Origin: an uncultured delta proteobacterium | GTDB taxonomy: Bacteria > Myxococcota_A > Polyangia > Fen-1088 | Direction of reading: 5' to 3' | Assembly (NCBI GenBank): GCA_963755125.1 | Contig: CAVWIP010000010.1 | Span: 352,001 to 416,000, forward strand | Length of the DNA stretch: 64,000 nucleotides | Translations under genes and position numbers: made by a program | The notes under the pieces: model-generated | What the model was told of the DNA's origin: nothing | What the model saw: only the letters and a program-made list of their open reading frames with translations | Database searches by the model: none | Part shown: positions 53,058 through 63,259 of the stretch, piece after piece | How positions within the stretch are numbered: the stretch's first letter is position 1 | Layout of the letters: every line of letters begins with the position of its first letter

Positions 53058-54263
53058 GTGTTGAACCTCGGCTTTCAGGAGATCCTCGTCATTCTTTTCG
53101 TAGCGTTGATCTTCCTCGGGCCCAACATGCTCCCAGAAATCGCCTCTGGGCTAGGCAAGGCCATCCGCGAGGTGCGCAAGGCAGCGGCGGACATCAAGAA
53201 CGAGATCGGGCTGGATGAGGCTATTCGCAAACCGCTGGCCGAGCTGCGCGAGGCAACCATGCTTCCGCCCGAGGAGCTGAAGCGCCGCGATGAGGAACAG
53301 GACGCCAAGCGGAAGGCCGAGCGTGAGGAGCGAGAACGCAAGGCGCGCGAGGAAGAGGAAAAGCAGCGGGCCGCACGCGAGGAGCAAAAGCGTCGCGACG
53401 ATGAACTGGCGGCCAAGAAGCGCGCCGAGAACGAGGAGCAGGAGCGCAAGTCACGCGAGGAAGCTGAGCGCAAGGCGCGCGAGGAGGCTGAAAGGCGGCG
53501 GATCGAGAGCGAGGAGCGAAAGCGTCGCGACGACGAGCGGGCCGCCAAAAAACGCGCCGAGAAAGAGGAGCAGGAGCGAAAGTCACGCGAGGAAGCCGAA
53601 AAACGGCGCGCCGAGAAAGAAGAACAAAAACGCCGCGACGATGAATTGGCCGCCAAAAAACGCGCCGAGAAAGAGGAGCAGGAGCGCAAGTCACGCGAGG
53701 AAGCCGAAAAACGGCGCGCCGAGAAAGAAGAACAAAAACGCCGCGACGATGAATTGGCCGCCAAAAAACGCGCCGAGAAAGAAGAGCAGGAGCGCAAGTC
53801 ACGCGAGGAGGCCGAAAAACGGCGCGCCGAGAAAGAAGAACAGAAGCGTCGCGACGATGAATTGCCAGCCAAAAAACGCGCCGAGAAAGAAGAGCAGGAG
53901 CGCAAGGCACGCGAGGAGGCCGAACACCGCGCGGCAGGCGAGGCCGCGGCACAGGCGGCTGGCGCTGCGGAGGTTCGTCCTGCGGCCGGCGGTCCTCTGG
54001 TTTCGGGCGTGACCATGGTCATGAACCCGCCGCCCGATGCCAATCGACCACCGCTGACACCCGAGCCGGAGCTTCTCACGTTGACGCCCGATCCGGTGAT
54101 GGTCGAGCCACCGCATGCTCCTGCCGGAGCGCGCCCGCCTCCCGTGCCAGCGGCATCACTGCGGTCTGCAACGGCCAACCATCTACCGCCACCGCGTTCC
54201 AGTCAGGCCGACGCGAAGTTGCCCGAGTCGGTCCCGCCGCCGTTGCCGCGGAAGAAAGGCTAG
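53058..54263 (+). CDS. tatB: TatB-like subunit with a long charged repeat insertion
   Basis: NLGFQEILVILFVALIFLGPNMLPEIASGLGKAIREVRK; directly upstream of tatC. Confidence 0.85.
   Translation: MLNLGFQEILVILFVALIFLGPNMLPEIASGLGKAIREVRKAAADIKNEIGLDEAIRKPLAELREATMLPPEELKRRDEEQDAKRKAEREERERKAREEEEKQRAAREEQKRRDDELAAKKRAENEEQERKSREEAERKAREEAERRRIESEERKRRDDERAAKKRAEKEEQERKSREEAEKRRAEKEEQKRRDDELAAKKRAEKEEQERKSREEAEKRRAEKEEQKRRDDELAAKKRAEKEEQERKSREEAEKRRAEKEEQKRRDDELPAKKRAEKEEQERKAREEAEHRAAGEAAAQAAGAAEVRPAAGGPLVSGVTMVMNPPPDANRPPLTPEPELLTLTPDPVMVEPPHAPAGARPPPVPAASLRSATANHLPPPRSSQADAKLPESVPPPLPRKKG
53388..53925 (+). repeat. 108-bp (36-aa) coding tandem repeat, KRRDDELAAKKRAEKEEQERKSREEAEKRRAEKEEQ
   Basis: Period of 108 bp (e.g. 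53601 vs 53709); about 5 units. Confidence 0.92.
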
Positions 54264-54269
54264 CGGAGC

Positions 54270-55247
54270 ATGCCAGCACGAGAAGACGCCGGACAATCCG
54301 ACAAGACCATCGTTACGGAAGCGCCGACGGATATGCTGCCCGCCGCAGGGGAGCCTGCGCCCACCACCGCCCCGGAGCCTCCGGTGGCGCCCGCGGCCCC
54401 ACTTTCGTCGGAAGCCCGGCAGTCCAGTTCGGGCAGCAAGGAAGGGCTGGACGGCAAGCGCATGAGCCTGCTTGCCCATTTGGCCGAATTGCGCACACGC
54501 CTGCGCAACGCCGCCATCGCCTTTGTGTTGGCCATGATCGGCTCGTTCGTTCTCGTCGAGCGCTACTTCGATTGGCTGACGCGGCCCGTGCGCAAGGGCA
54601 TGAAGGACGCCGGCCACAATCTCAACTTCTATGCCAAGAGCCTGACCGAGCCCTTCTGGGTCTACATGAAGCTGGCCATCGTTGGAGGCCTCATCATCGC
54701 CGGACCATTTGTGTTCTGGGAGATCTGGAGGTTCGTGGCGCCGGGCCTGTACCGCAGGGAGAGGCGGCTCACCATTCTCATCACCGGGGCCACCGCTGCC
54801 TGTTTCGCCGGCGGCGCCGTGTTCGCCTACGCCTTCATGTGTGAGCCCGCCGCCTACTACCTGACCAGGATGCTCACCAGCTTCTCGGGTGATCTGCCCT
54901 TCCGGCTCGACCCCATGATCATGATGGATGAGGTCGCCAACTTCCAGATGATGACCCTGGCGGGTTGTGGCCTGGCCTTCGAACTTCCCGTCGTGTTGTC
55001 GATCCTTGGCTGGATGGGCCTGGTTTCCAGCCGTGGCATGCTCAAGTTCAACCGTTACGCCATCGTCTTGGCAGTGGTTCTGGGTGGGGTGCTCACGCCC
55101 AGCACTGATCCGTTCACCCAATGCCTGCTGGCTGCCCCGATCTTCGGCCTCTACAACATCTCAATCCTGGTGGTCTGGCTCATAGAACGAGCGCGGCGCC
55201 GGCGGGATGAGGCCCTGGATCGAGGCGCGTCCGTCGCCAGCGGCTAG
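54270..55247 (+). CDS. tatC: Twin-arginine translocase subunit TatC
   Basis: MSLLAHLAELRTRL, WRFVAPGLYRRE, FELP and TPSTDP motifs. Confidence 0.96.
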   Translation: MPAREDAGQSDKTIVTEAPTDMLPAAGEPAPTTAPEPPVAPAAPLSSEARQSSSGSKEGLDGKRMSLLAHLAELRTRLRNAAIAFVLAMIGSFVLVERYFDWLTRPVRKGMKDAGHNLNFYAKSLTEPFWVYMKLAIVGGLIIAGPFVFWEIWRFVAPGLYRRERRLTILITGATAACFAGGAVFAYAFMCEPAAYYLTRMLTSFSGDLPFRLDPMIMMDEVANFQMMTLAGCGLAFELPVVLSILGWMGLVSSRGMLKFNRYAIVLAVVLGGVLTPSTDPFTQCLLAAPIFGLYNISILVVWLIERARRRRDEALDRGASVASG

Positions 55248-56512
55248 GTGACCTTGTACCAGCCCGCCATTGCGGCCACTGATGTGGCAGCCCACACCAG
55301 GGCGATGTTGCGCAACGAGCGGTCCCGCGACCGGCTGACCTGCGCGTCCAACTCGTCAAACTGGTGCAAGATCTCGTCGGTGCCTGGCTGGCGCGAAAGA
55401 ACTTCCTGCCGCACACGGAGTTCACGGGCGTCGGCGGAACCGGGGCCAAAAGCGTAGTAGGCCGCCGGAAGCAGGCCCAATAGTAGAGCCACGGCGAGGC
55501 CGATGAAGGCCCGCTTGGCCGGCTGATCGCGCAGATTGGCCACTTTCAGGCTCGCGGAAGCGTTGCGACTCTCGAAGCTCATGGCCACTTCGCGGGCGGT
55601 CGACATGCACTTGCGACAGCCCGAAGCCTTGGTCTTGTCATAGTACAGGCCGTGCTGCGCACACCGGACCAGATTCAGGTTTCTGGGATCTTCGTCCATG
55701 GCGACGCCCGAAGCTCCCGTGGCGCCGATGTCGCGCAGGCTCCCGGCAGACGGCGTGCCCCGAACCGGCATGACGTCGTCGGAAGGCCGCGTAGAATCGC
55801 CGCGCGCCAACTCGAGCTTGGGCCCTGACGCGGCGTCGGTGTGGAAGGCATCGGTACCGGGCACCGGGCTGTTGTACTGGCCGGCCGGCGGCGGCGTTCG
55901 CGCGCCACGCGGACGTGCGACTATCCCTCCAGGTGGTGGCGGTGCCAAGCGAGCGCCAGTGGCTGGCCGCGCCGCAAATGGATTTGAGGATGGGCGTGGT
56001 GTGAAGGGGTCGGATGCCGGGGACGAAGCAAATGGGGACGCACTAGATTGGGAGCCGGTGGCCCGGCCAGGTTGCAAGGGAGAAAAGGGACCACCATCCG
56101 CGGCGGGAGCAGGCGGCGCGACAAGAGGCGGCCCAAAGCCCGGCGCAGCGGCCGAGGGCACCGGCGGAGTCGAACCCGCTGCAGGAGATTGGGGCGCGGG
56201 CCCGACTGGCGGCATGGGCGCGGCCGGACCTCGCCCAGCGGGCGATGCTGGAGGCGATGGCGCCCGCGGCGGCCCGGCAGCAGGCCGGATGACCGTGACG
56301 GCCCCCATGACCTGAAGCTGATGCACCAGAGCCTGCGCCTGAGCCTGCTCCAGGCTTTGACCCGCGCGCAGGTTCTTGGCCGATATCGCCTTGGTCACCG
56401 TGGTCAGCGGGACACCATGCTTCGACGAAAGCGCAGAAGCCAGGCGTGTCTCTCCCGCCGGGCTGGGATCGGCCGAGCCCACCACGAACACGTCGAAGAG
56501 CTGACCGGCCAT
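55244..56512 (-). CDS. Hypothetical membrane protein (small N-domain, Pro-rich linker, C-x2-H...C-x2-C motif, 2 TM)
   Basis: RCAQHGLYYDKTKASGCRKC; TATACT-N6-ATG start. Confidence 0.78.
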   Translation of the reverse strand: MAGQLFDVFVVGSADPSPAGETRLASALSSKHGVPLTTVTKAISAKNLRAGQSLEQAQAQALVHQLQVMGAVTVIRPAAGPPRAPSPPASPAGRGPAAPMPPVGPAPQSPAAGSTPPVPSAAAPGFGPPLVAPPAPAADGGPFSPLQPGRATGSQSSASPFASSPASDPFTPRPSSNPFAARPATGARLAPPPPGGIVARPRGARTPPPAGQYNSPVPGTDAFHTDAASGPKLELARGDSTRPSDDVMPVRGTPSAGSLRDIGATGASGVAMDEDPRNLNLVRCAQHGLYYDKTKASGCRKCMSTAREVAMSFESRNASASLKVANLRDQPAKRAFIGLAVALLLGLLPAAYYAFGPGSADARELRVRQEVLSRQPGTDEILHQFDELDAQVSRSRDRSLRNIALVWAATSVAAMAGWYKVT

Positions 56513-56610
56513 GCCCCTAGTATATCGGCCCTTCCAGGGCTGCCAAGCTGCGTAGATGAATCCCAGCGAAAAAAATTTGACGGCGCGAGCGAGATCTCCA
56601 GGATGGGAAT

Positions 56611-56826
56611 ATGGCAGTGGTAGCCGTCCGCTCCTCGTCCTCAGAAACCGACTCCCTGGCTTCTCCGAGCGTGCTGACTACGTTGTTGCGGCGCGCCTCG
56701 TTGGCCCCGGGCCTGGAGACACGTCGAGCTCGACCGGTCCGGCGCCTGCAAGACCTGCCTCCCGGCGACGCCATACCGGTGCGAAGTAGCATCGTCTTGC
56801 GCAGCGGAGCAGCGTGCTTGCGCTAG
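56611..56826 (+). CDS. Possible 71-aa small protein
   Basis: Fills the intergenic gap; TTGACG-N16-CAGGAT-N6-ATG. Confidence 0.45.
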   Translation: MAVVAVRSSSSETDSLASPSVLTTLLRRASLAPGLETRRARPVRRLQDLPPGDAIPVRSSIVLRSGAACLR

Positions 56827-56836
56827 ATCAGCTTCC

Positions 56837-58378
56837 TTACTGAAACGGGCCGAACGAGCGATCGCGCCGCTTGAGAAAACCATAGCTGGTGGGTCGCGCT
56901 CCCGGGATCACGGCATTCACCCACTGGTAGCCCGTCGGAATCCAGGCATGTTCCTCCGCGCAAGGACTCGGCAGACAGTACTTGTGTGTGATGAGGGTGG
57001 GATTGCGCGACAGCATGTACTGGTCACTGCCCCACTTCTGGTGGCCCGGGCGGTCCGAGGCATTCATGTGCGGGTCATGGGCAATGTGCGCATCGACCAG
57101 ACCGAAGACGTCGTAGGCAGGGATACCCGAGTAGTACGGGATGACGCCCGCGCCCCCCACGGTCATCAGGTCGTCTGGACGCGCGTTCTTGCCGAACCAC
57201 TGTCCGATGGGAATGCGATCCTCGGCGTACTTCTTCAGGTAGCCGGGGGTGTCGATCCCGTTGTCCGCACCGATGAAAGTGGCAGCTACCCGACTCACGC
57301 GCAAGCTGCCCGCCCCGAAAGCGGCCGCCAGCACCGCGCCGGCCAGCGCCAGGACCGGCCAGCCCACGACGGGCCGCAGGCGTTGGGCCAGGCGGCGCAT
57401 CGACTCCTGCGCGACCACGGCACCGAGAGGCAGCACCGGCAAGATGAAGCGATAGAGGCCCATGAAATCGCCGCCCACTTTGACCACGTAGGCGGCGAAC
57501 GCCAGCCATAGCAGACCGGTCAGGCGCCAGAGATCCCGCCGCGGCTGATCGGTTGCGGCTGGCCTGCCAAGCAGTGCCAGCAGGAAGAAGAAAGGCACGC
57601 CGTAGTCCTCGGCGAAACGACGCAGGTAGTATCCGCCCCGCATGAGGGTGCCGGAACCGCCGGAGGACTTCACGTAGAACGTGTTGGGGAAGAACCAGCC
57701 GTAGTAGCGCCAGCGCCAGATGAAATAGGGCACGAACATCGCTGCGAAGAGCACGAGCCACGCCCATTCGGCACGGCGCGGACGGAAGCGGCGCTCGCGA
57801 CCAACCGCGATGAGCAGGCGAAAAAAACCACCAAGAGCAAGGAAAAGCAGCCCTTCGGGCCGAGTCATGGCGGCCATGGCAAACGCCGCGGCGCTGGCAC
57901 AACCGCGCTGCGAGGAGATCTCGGCCAGCAATAAGTCGAATCCGAGCAAAGACAGGAAGGTGAAGAGCTGCGTCTCCAGCCCACCCGTGCACCAGCAAGC
58001 AAAGGCGCCCATCGAGGCGAGCAAGGCGGGCGCCACCAGGTGCCAGGCCGACGGGCGCTGACCCGACAGGCGCAGGGACATGCGCACCACCAGGGCCAGG
58101 GTGCCGACGCCAAACCCCACGCCAAAGAAACGCGAGGTCGCCACCGGGCCCAGGCCCAGCTTGATTCCCGCGGCCAGCAGCACAGTCCACAGGAAGTTGG
58201 TGAAACCTTCCACCCGCTCGCCCAGGTTGAACACCAGTTGGCCATGCTCGGCCAGATTGGCGGCATAGCGAAAGGAGATATAAGCGTCGTCGGTTACGAA
58301 GTCGAAGAGCCGCGCGTGCGGGAGCAGCACCGCCGTTGCGGCCAGCACGGGCCAGTAGCGTCGGAGGACGACGTGCAT
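56837..58378 (-). CDS. GT-C type membrane glycosyltransferase (DDAYISFRYA family)
   Basis: DDAYISFRYA, GERVEGFTN, GLET, TRPEG, PNTFYVK and DVFGL motifs. Confidence 0.82.
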   Translation of the reverse strand: MHVVLRRYWPVLAATAVLLPHARLFDFVTDDAYISFRYAANLAEHGQLVFNLGERVEGFTNFLWTVLLAAGIKLGLGPVATSRFFGVGFGVGTLALVVRMSLRLSGQRPSAWHLVAPALLASMGAFACWCTGGLETQLFTFLSLLGFDLLLAEISSQRGCASAAAFAMAAMTRPEGLLFLALGGFFRLLIAVGRERRFRPRRAEWAWLVLFAAMFVPYFIWRWRYYGWFFPNTFYVKSSGGSGTLMRGGYYLRRFAEDYGVPFFFLLALLGRPAATDQPRRDLWRLTGLLWLAFAAYVVKVGGDFMGLYRFILPVLPLGAVVAQESMRRLAQRLRPVVGWPVLALAGAVLAAAFGAGSLRVSRVAATFIGADNGIDTPGYLKKYAEDRIPIGQWFGKNARPDDLMTVGGAGVIPYYSGIPAYDVFGLVDAHIAHDPHMNASDRPGHQKWGSDQYMLSRNPTLITHKYCLPSPCAEEHAWIPTGYQWVNAVIPGARPTSYGFLKRRDRSFGPFQ

Positions 58379-58412
58379 TGGGCTGGCAGGTTCTTCGTCG
58401 AGTGACGTCGCG

Positions 58413-58766
58413 CTAGCCAAACGTGCCGCCGTTCCAACCCCACATGGCGCCGTCGGCGTTGGTGAACTCGATGTAGATGCGCCTTTCGGGAACACCAAGC
58501 CCAGTGGCCAGCTCCTGGCACAGAATCTTGGAAAGGTTCTCCACCTGATCGGGCGACAAGGTACCCACGTTTTTCAGCTCGGCGTAGCAGGCGGGCGCGC
58601 TGCTACCAGCAAAGCTCATTTCCGCGCGGGCGGCCAAGCCGATCATGACGTAGCTCTCGGGTTTTCCAAGGACGCGCGCCACCAGCGCAGACAGACTCTT
58701 CAGCAGTTGCGCGCGCTTGTGTTCGTCCGCGGAATGGGCCGATGTGAAGACATGGAGCAAGGGCAT
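58413..58766 (-). CDS. MIF / phenylpyruvate tautomerase family protein
   Basis: N-terminal Pro after Met, GKPESYVM, RIYIEF...WGWNGGTF. Confidence 0.93.
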   Translation of the reverse strand: MPLLHVFTSAHSADEHKRAQLLKSLSALVARVLGKPESYVMIGLAARAEMSFAGSSAPACYAELKNVGTLSPDQVENLSKILCQELATGLGVPERRIYIEFTNADGAMWGWNGGTFG

Positions 58767-58806
58767 GGACCCATCCTAGTCCAATCCGAGCTGCGCTCAA
58801 GCCACG

Positions 58807-59118
58807 CTACCCGACCGCGGCCAAGGCGGCCTGCAACTGGTCGCGGGCGTGCGCTTGCCCCTTGCGCTCGCACTGCTCGATTCCCTGGCGCAAGAGATCT
58901 CTGGCCTCTTGATTCCTGAGCAAGCCAATCAAGGTGTCGGCTGCTGGCGCATAGGCCGCGATGTAGTCCGGGTGGCCGTCAAGCAGCGCCTCGAAGATCT
59001 GCCACGCCTCATGCAACTGGCCCTGCGTCCGCAATTCCATGGCCAAGCCGTAGTGCGCGAAGGGATCAGCCGCCCCCTGCGCCACCAGCGAGCGCAACAT
59101 CTCCAGGCGTGCAGGCAT
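58807..59118 (-). CDS. Small TPR protein
   Basis: RLEML...DPFAHYGLAME...HPDYIAAY. Confidence 0.85.
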   Translation of the reverse strand: MPARLEMLRSLVAQGAADPFAHYGLAMELRTQGQLHEAWQIFEALLDGHPDYIAAYAPAADTLIGLLRNQEARDLLRQGIEQCERKGQAHARDQLQAALAAVG

Positions 59119-59122
59119 CACG

Positions 59123-59524
59123 TCAGGACAGCGACGGCCGCGCGGGACCAGGAACTTCCTCGTCCAGGTCACAGCCGACGATGCGGTTGCGGCTGTCCAC
59201 CCGGACCACTGTGGGCCTCCAGCTCCGGGCCTCAGTCTCGTCGACAGCCTCGGCGAAGGTGGCGATGATCACCGTATCGCCAGGATGGGCGTGGCGGGCA
59301 GCGGCCCCGTTGACGCAGACCACACCGGAAGCGGCCTTGCCGGGCAAGGCATAGGTTTCGATCCGGCTGCCATTGGTCACGTTCCAGATGCGAACCTGCT
59401 CATAGGGCAGGATGTTCGCCGCTTGCATCAAGGTCTCGTCGATCGTGACCGACCCTTCGTACGCCAAGTCCGCATGGGTGACAGTCACCCGGTGCAGCTT
59501 GGATTTGAACATCGTTCGCTTCAT
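59123..59524 (-). CDS. panD: Aspartate 1-decarboxylase
   Basis: [13 protein letters not shown] self-cleavage site, RIETY and NGAAA motifs. Confidence 0.97.
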   Translation of the reverse strand: MKRTMFKSKLHRVTVTHADLAYEGSVTIDETLMQAANILPYEQVRIWNVTNGSRIETYALPGKAASGVVCVNGAAARHAHPGDTVIIATFAEAVDETEARSWRPTVVRVDSRNRIVGCDLDEEVPGPARPSLS

Positions 59525-59640
59525 CGAGCACTCCGTCCCGGCCGGTTTCCCGGTCCAGGCAGTTTTCTTAATCCTGGACCAAAGTGACGCGGAGTCAACA
59601 CCTGCGCCAAGAATCTAGCCGCGACGAGCCAGTTGCAACA

Positions 59641-59783
59641 GTCGCGTGAGGAGCCCGCCGGCTTTGCCCCCTTTGGGGACTTCGGGACGGCCCGCCACCC
59701 TGCCCACCCCGCACGCTTCGCGCGCGCCCTCGCCGGCGGCGCACCATCGCGGGAGGGTTTGGGAACCCTTTGAGGGTTCCCAT
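59641..59783 (+). repeat. Dispersed palindromic repeat, copy D (143 bp)
   Basis: Aligns with copies A, B and C. Confidence 0.95.
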
Positions 59784-59865
59784 CTTAGAAGTCTTGACCG
59801 TCAGCAAGCCTTGCCCCAATGTCGAAGGCATGAGACGTCAAGCTGAAAAGGTTGAGTGAAGGCCA

Positions 59866-60696
59866 GTGACGCACAAGCCGTATAAGCGTTTTATCGGGAT
59901 CGACCTCGGAGGAGGGAAAGGCAAGAAGACCGCTCTGGCCGTGCTTGACCGAAGCAAAGGCGGGGTGACCGTCGCGGCCCTGCACCCCCGCGCGGACGAG
60001 GCGCCGCTCTACGATACCGCGCTGATCGCAGCCGTGCGCGAGCGAGCCGAGAGCGCAACGGTCTGTGTGGACGCGCCTCTGACCCTGCCCCCTTGCGTAC
60101 GCTGCGACGTGGCCTGTTGCCCCGGCCAGGAAAGCTGTACCGACGCCGAGGTGGTCACCCTGCGCCGCCTGCTCGGGCTTGGCCCTGGGTGCAGCGGCGT
60201 GGGCCGTCGAGGTAAGCCCGCGTTCACGCCCTACACCCAGCGGGCCACCGAAGCGTACCTTTTGCGACGACGTGGGATCTTGCCGCGCGAAGCTCTGGGC
60301 CAGGGAATGGGCCCGCTCACAGCGCGCGCCAGCCATCTGGTGCGCGCGCTCGCCGATCGATTCACCTTGAACGACAGCCTCATCGAGGTGTTCCCGCGGG
60401 CCACGCTCGAACTGCTTGGCTTTCGCGACCGCTACAAGAAGCGCGTCGACAAACGCATAGAGATCCTGGCCAGACTGCGTGATTTGAGCTTTGCGCCCGG
60501 TGTCTGGCGCGAGGAGTGCCGTCAAAGCGATCATGTCTTCGACGCCGTCATCTGCGCGTACACGGGCTACCTGCGCAGCCGCGACGCCTGGCCGGTGTCG
60601 CCAGAGGTGGCGCCGCTCTTCCCGGCTGCGGGTTGGATCTGGGTTCCACCCACCGAGGCTGAAGCAGTGGCCGCGCCCCGCGCCGCAGCCGACTGA
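59866..60696 (+). CDS. DUF429-family predicted RNase H-fold nuclease
   Basis: IGIDL, VDAPLTLP, IEVFP and DAVICA motifs. Confidence 0.85.
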   Translation: MTHKPYKRFIGIDLGGGKGKKTALAVLDRSKGGVTVAALHPRADEAPLYDTALIAAVRERAESATVCVDAPLTLPPCVRCDVACCPGQESCTDAEVVTLRRLLGLGPGCSGVGRRGKPAFTPYTQRATEAYLLRRRGILPREALGQGMGPLTARASHLVRALADRFTLNDSLIEVFPRATLELLGFRDRYKKRVDKRIEILARLRDLSFAPGVWREECRQSDHVFDAVICAYTGYLRSRDAWPVSPEVAPLFPAAGWIWVPPTEAEAVAAPRAAAD

Positions 60697-60714
60697 GCTT
60701 GCGCGGAGACGATG

Positions 60715-61416
60715 CTACTCAGCCGCGGCGTCTTTCTTGGGTGCGTCGCGGTCCTGGTCGGCAAGATCCTCTGGAGAGGAAGGCCCGGAGACGGGCGAGC
60801 CGAGCAACAGCGTGGCACCACGTTCGCGCAGGAACTGAAGAAACACAATTGCCGTGGGCAACTCGGCGGCTGGTATGTCGTCGAGCATCTCGCGCGCCTG
60901 ACGCCGAAGGATCTCGCCTGGCGCCTCTCCGGTGCGGGTCAGATGCGGCACTTCGGGCGTTTCCACATGCGCAGTCACCTGACCCCAGGGTGGAGGACTC
61001 GCAACCTCGATGTGCATGTGTTCGAGCCAGGTTTGGATATGCAGGTGCAGAAGCTCCGAGCGATGGACGAACCAGCGCTCGCGCTCGGCCGGAAAGGCAA
61101 GCAGCACGTCCTTGAACCTACGAAACGCACCCTTGCCGTCTATGGCGACCAGCAGCCGTTCGCGCAAAGCCTGGTCTTGCACCAAACCAACGAACCGTTC
61201 CATCCAGCGGTACTGCTCGCGTGACGACGCTGGGTCCACCCGGACAAAGCGATCCGGGTTGTTGGCCACCTTGGCCCGCCGGGCCGCGGCGTCAGGCTCG
61301 CCTTCCACGATCGAAAGCAAATCCCCGTTCTCGAGGTCAAGGAAGCTTTCCTGCTCCGGAGAATTGCGCTCGAACGCGATCTCCAGATCGCTCCAATTGA
61401 TGGTGACTGGCGGCAT
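60715..61416 (-). CDS. UPF0158-family protein
   Basis: [18 protein letters not shown] and [10 protein letters not shown] motifs. Confidence 0.88.
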   Translation of the reverse strand: MPPVTINWSDLEIAFERNSPEQESFLDLENGDLLSIVEGEPDAAARRAKVANNPDRFVRVDPASSREQYRWMERFVGLVQDQALRERLLVAIDGKGAFRRFKDVLLAFPAERERWFVHRSELLHLHIQTWLEHMHIEVASPPPWGQVTAHVETPEVPHLTRTGEAPGEILRRQAREMLDDIPAAELPTAIVFLQFLRERGATLLLGSPVSGPSSPEDLADQDRDAPKKDAAAE

Positions 61417-61547
61417 GGCTAAGAACTCCTCTGGCGCCCCCCTCCCATTGGAGTGCGCAGAAAGATAGGAATGCACTGCTAGCCTAGGATTATGGCCCGC
61501 GGTTTGCAACGTCTTTGGCTGTGCCAGGCCCACCGCCGGCCAGACCC

Positions 61548-61576
61548 TTGACACAAAGGCGTCGCTCCATAAGAAT
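61548..61576 (+). promoter_or_regulatory. Sigma-70-type promoter of rpoZ
   Basis: TTGACA-N17-AAGAAT, followed by a GGAGG RBS. Confidence 0.65.
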
Positions 61577-61603
61577 AAGTCGCGTACTAATTTCGGAGGT
61601 TCC

Positions 61604-61870
61604 GTGGCACGAGTCACCGTCGAAGACTGCCTGGATAAGGTTCCCAACCGCTTCGCCTTGGTCATCTTGGCCGCCGAGAGGGCGCGCCAGATCTCAGACG
61701 GCGCAAGAACCCTGGTCACGTGCGACAACAAGCCGGGTGTCGCGGCGCTGCGCGAGATTGCGCAGGGGCAAGTCCGGTTCAACGAGTCCGTCGAGGGCAC
61801 CATCAGGCAGTATCTGAGCGAGACACGCGTGCATGCCGGCCGTCCCGACCGCATGCCTGACAAGCAGTAG
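61604..61870 (+). CDS. rpoZ: RNA polymerase omega subunit
   Basis: MARVTVEDC...NRFALV...RARQ...ALREIA. Confidence 0.97.
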   Translation: MARVTVEDCLDKVPNRFALVILAAERARQISDGARTLVTCDNKPGVAALREIAQGQVRFNESVEGTIRQYLSETRVHAGRPDRMPDKQ

Positions 61871-61967
61871 CCTTCTCCCACGGCCAGGGCAGAAAATGTG
61901 GTCGAGGAAGACCACTCCGCGCCATACCTTTGGATGATCCCGTGGCGGCGGACAGCCCCGGAAAGGG

Positions 61968-63167
61968 CTACCGGATCCGACGGAGGTTCGGCGCGAAGCG
62001 ATCAGACATGGTGGCGCCTTTGCCGGCCGAGCCGAAATGTGTGGCCATGAACTTGTCCATGCGTGCGAGGCGTGCGGTCATGGGCATCTCGGGATGGGCG
62101 CTGGCCATGCGGCCGATCAGGCGCGCCATGCCGCGCGGGTCGTAGCCGGCGTGGTAGAGCACGACTGTGCCCATGAGGTCCGCTTCAATCTCGTATTTCT
62201 CCAGGCGTGGCTTGTGCACCACGGCGTACGCTTCTTCGGCAAACTCGTCGAGATCGTCCTCGACAGCGTCGCGACTGGTTTCCGCATCGAGTTCGTCCAT
62301 GGCGTTGTCGGCGCGCAAGCGCACGGCTTGGACCTTCATCTCGCGCAGGCCATGGCGGCGCACGACGTGGATCATCTCGTGGGCGATCAACCCCGCCAGT
62401 TCGGCCTCGTCCCGGCACAGCGAGAGCAACCCACGCGACAGGAAGATGTACCCACCCGGGACAGCGAAGCTGCCCACGCCGTCGCTGTCGAGAATGTAGA
62501 CCGAGAAATAGGTGTCGTAGAAGGTCGTCTCGGTGAGTAGATAGGTGGCGACCAGATTGATATACCTCTGCAGGCCGGGGTCGCGCACCAGGCCCGTGGC
62601 TGCCACGCGCGCGGCCACTGCCAATCCCACGGCGCTTTCGCGCGGCCCGATGTCATAGCCCTGCTTACTGATGGTCTTGTCCTCGGCTGCCGCAAGCGCG
62701 ACCGCGTTTGAACGAAAAGGCAGAAGAGGCGCGCGAAAGGCCCAAAACTCCGCCGCGCCAAAGAACGGCCCTTGATAGCTATAGAAGCTGTCCAAGGCAC
62801 CGCGCTGCACGTTCTTGATCTGTCCGGCGAAGCCCTTGACCGCTGCGCCCACGGTGCCGCGCGAGGCGCGCGCATCCGACCATTCCTTGCTCATGGCTTC
62901 CAGGGTTCCGGCCTGCTGCTTCTCGTCCAGGCTGGCCTCGGCCAGCCACCCGGTCTTGGCCCCAGCCTGCACGCGCAGCCAACGGTCCTTCTCTTCCAGC
63001 GTCTTGACCTTGGTGTTGACCGGAAGGTTGGCCACCACGGGAAAGAAAGTGCCTGGCCCCTCGCGGAGCTGATTGTTGGATCGTTTTGTGTAGAGATCAG
63101 CCGCCCACGCCACCACCGGAATTGCCGCGGCCAGCAGCATGGCAAGCACTCTGTGGGATCGCCTCAT
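61968..63167 (-). CDS. Secreted SH3b + M48 metalloprotease
   Basis: Signal peptide, LREGPG...GWL (SH3b), PGGYIF, HEMIH and EIEAD motifs. Confidence 0.88.
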   Translation of the reverse strand: MRRSHRVLAMLLAAAIPVVAWAADLYTKRSNNQLREGPGTFFPVVANLPVNTKVKTLEEKDRWLRVQAGAKTGWLAEASLDEKQQAGTLEAMSKEWSDARASRGTVGAAVKGFAGQIKNVQRGALDSFYSYQGPFFGAAEFWAFRAPLLPFRSNAVALAAAEDKTISKQGYDIGPRESAVGLAVAARVAATGLVRDPGLQRYINLVATYLLTETTFYDTYFSVYILDSDGVGSFAVPGGYIFLSRGLLSLCRDEAELAGLIAHEMIHVVRRHGLREMKVQAVRLRADNAMDELDAETSRDAVEDDLDEFAEEAYAVVHKPRLEKYEIEADLMGTVVLYHAGYDPRGMARLIGRMASAHPEMPMTARLARMDKFMATHFGSAGKGATMSDRFAPNLRRIR

Positions 63168-63259
63168 GGTGGCGCCAGCGTATCACCGAGGCGGGCGGTT
63201 GGGCGCCTTGACTTGCCCTGCGGCCCTGGACGGGGAAGAATCCCGGCTCGGGAGGATCC

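Noticed and set aside
58413..58766. MIF homolog as a eukaryotic gene transfer
   Set aside because: Bacterial MIF-like tautomerases are known and the codon usage matches the host
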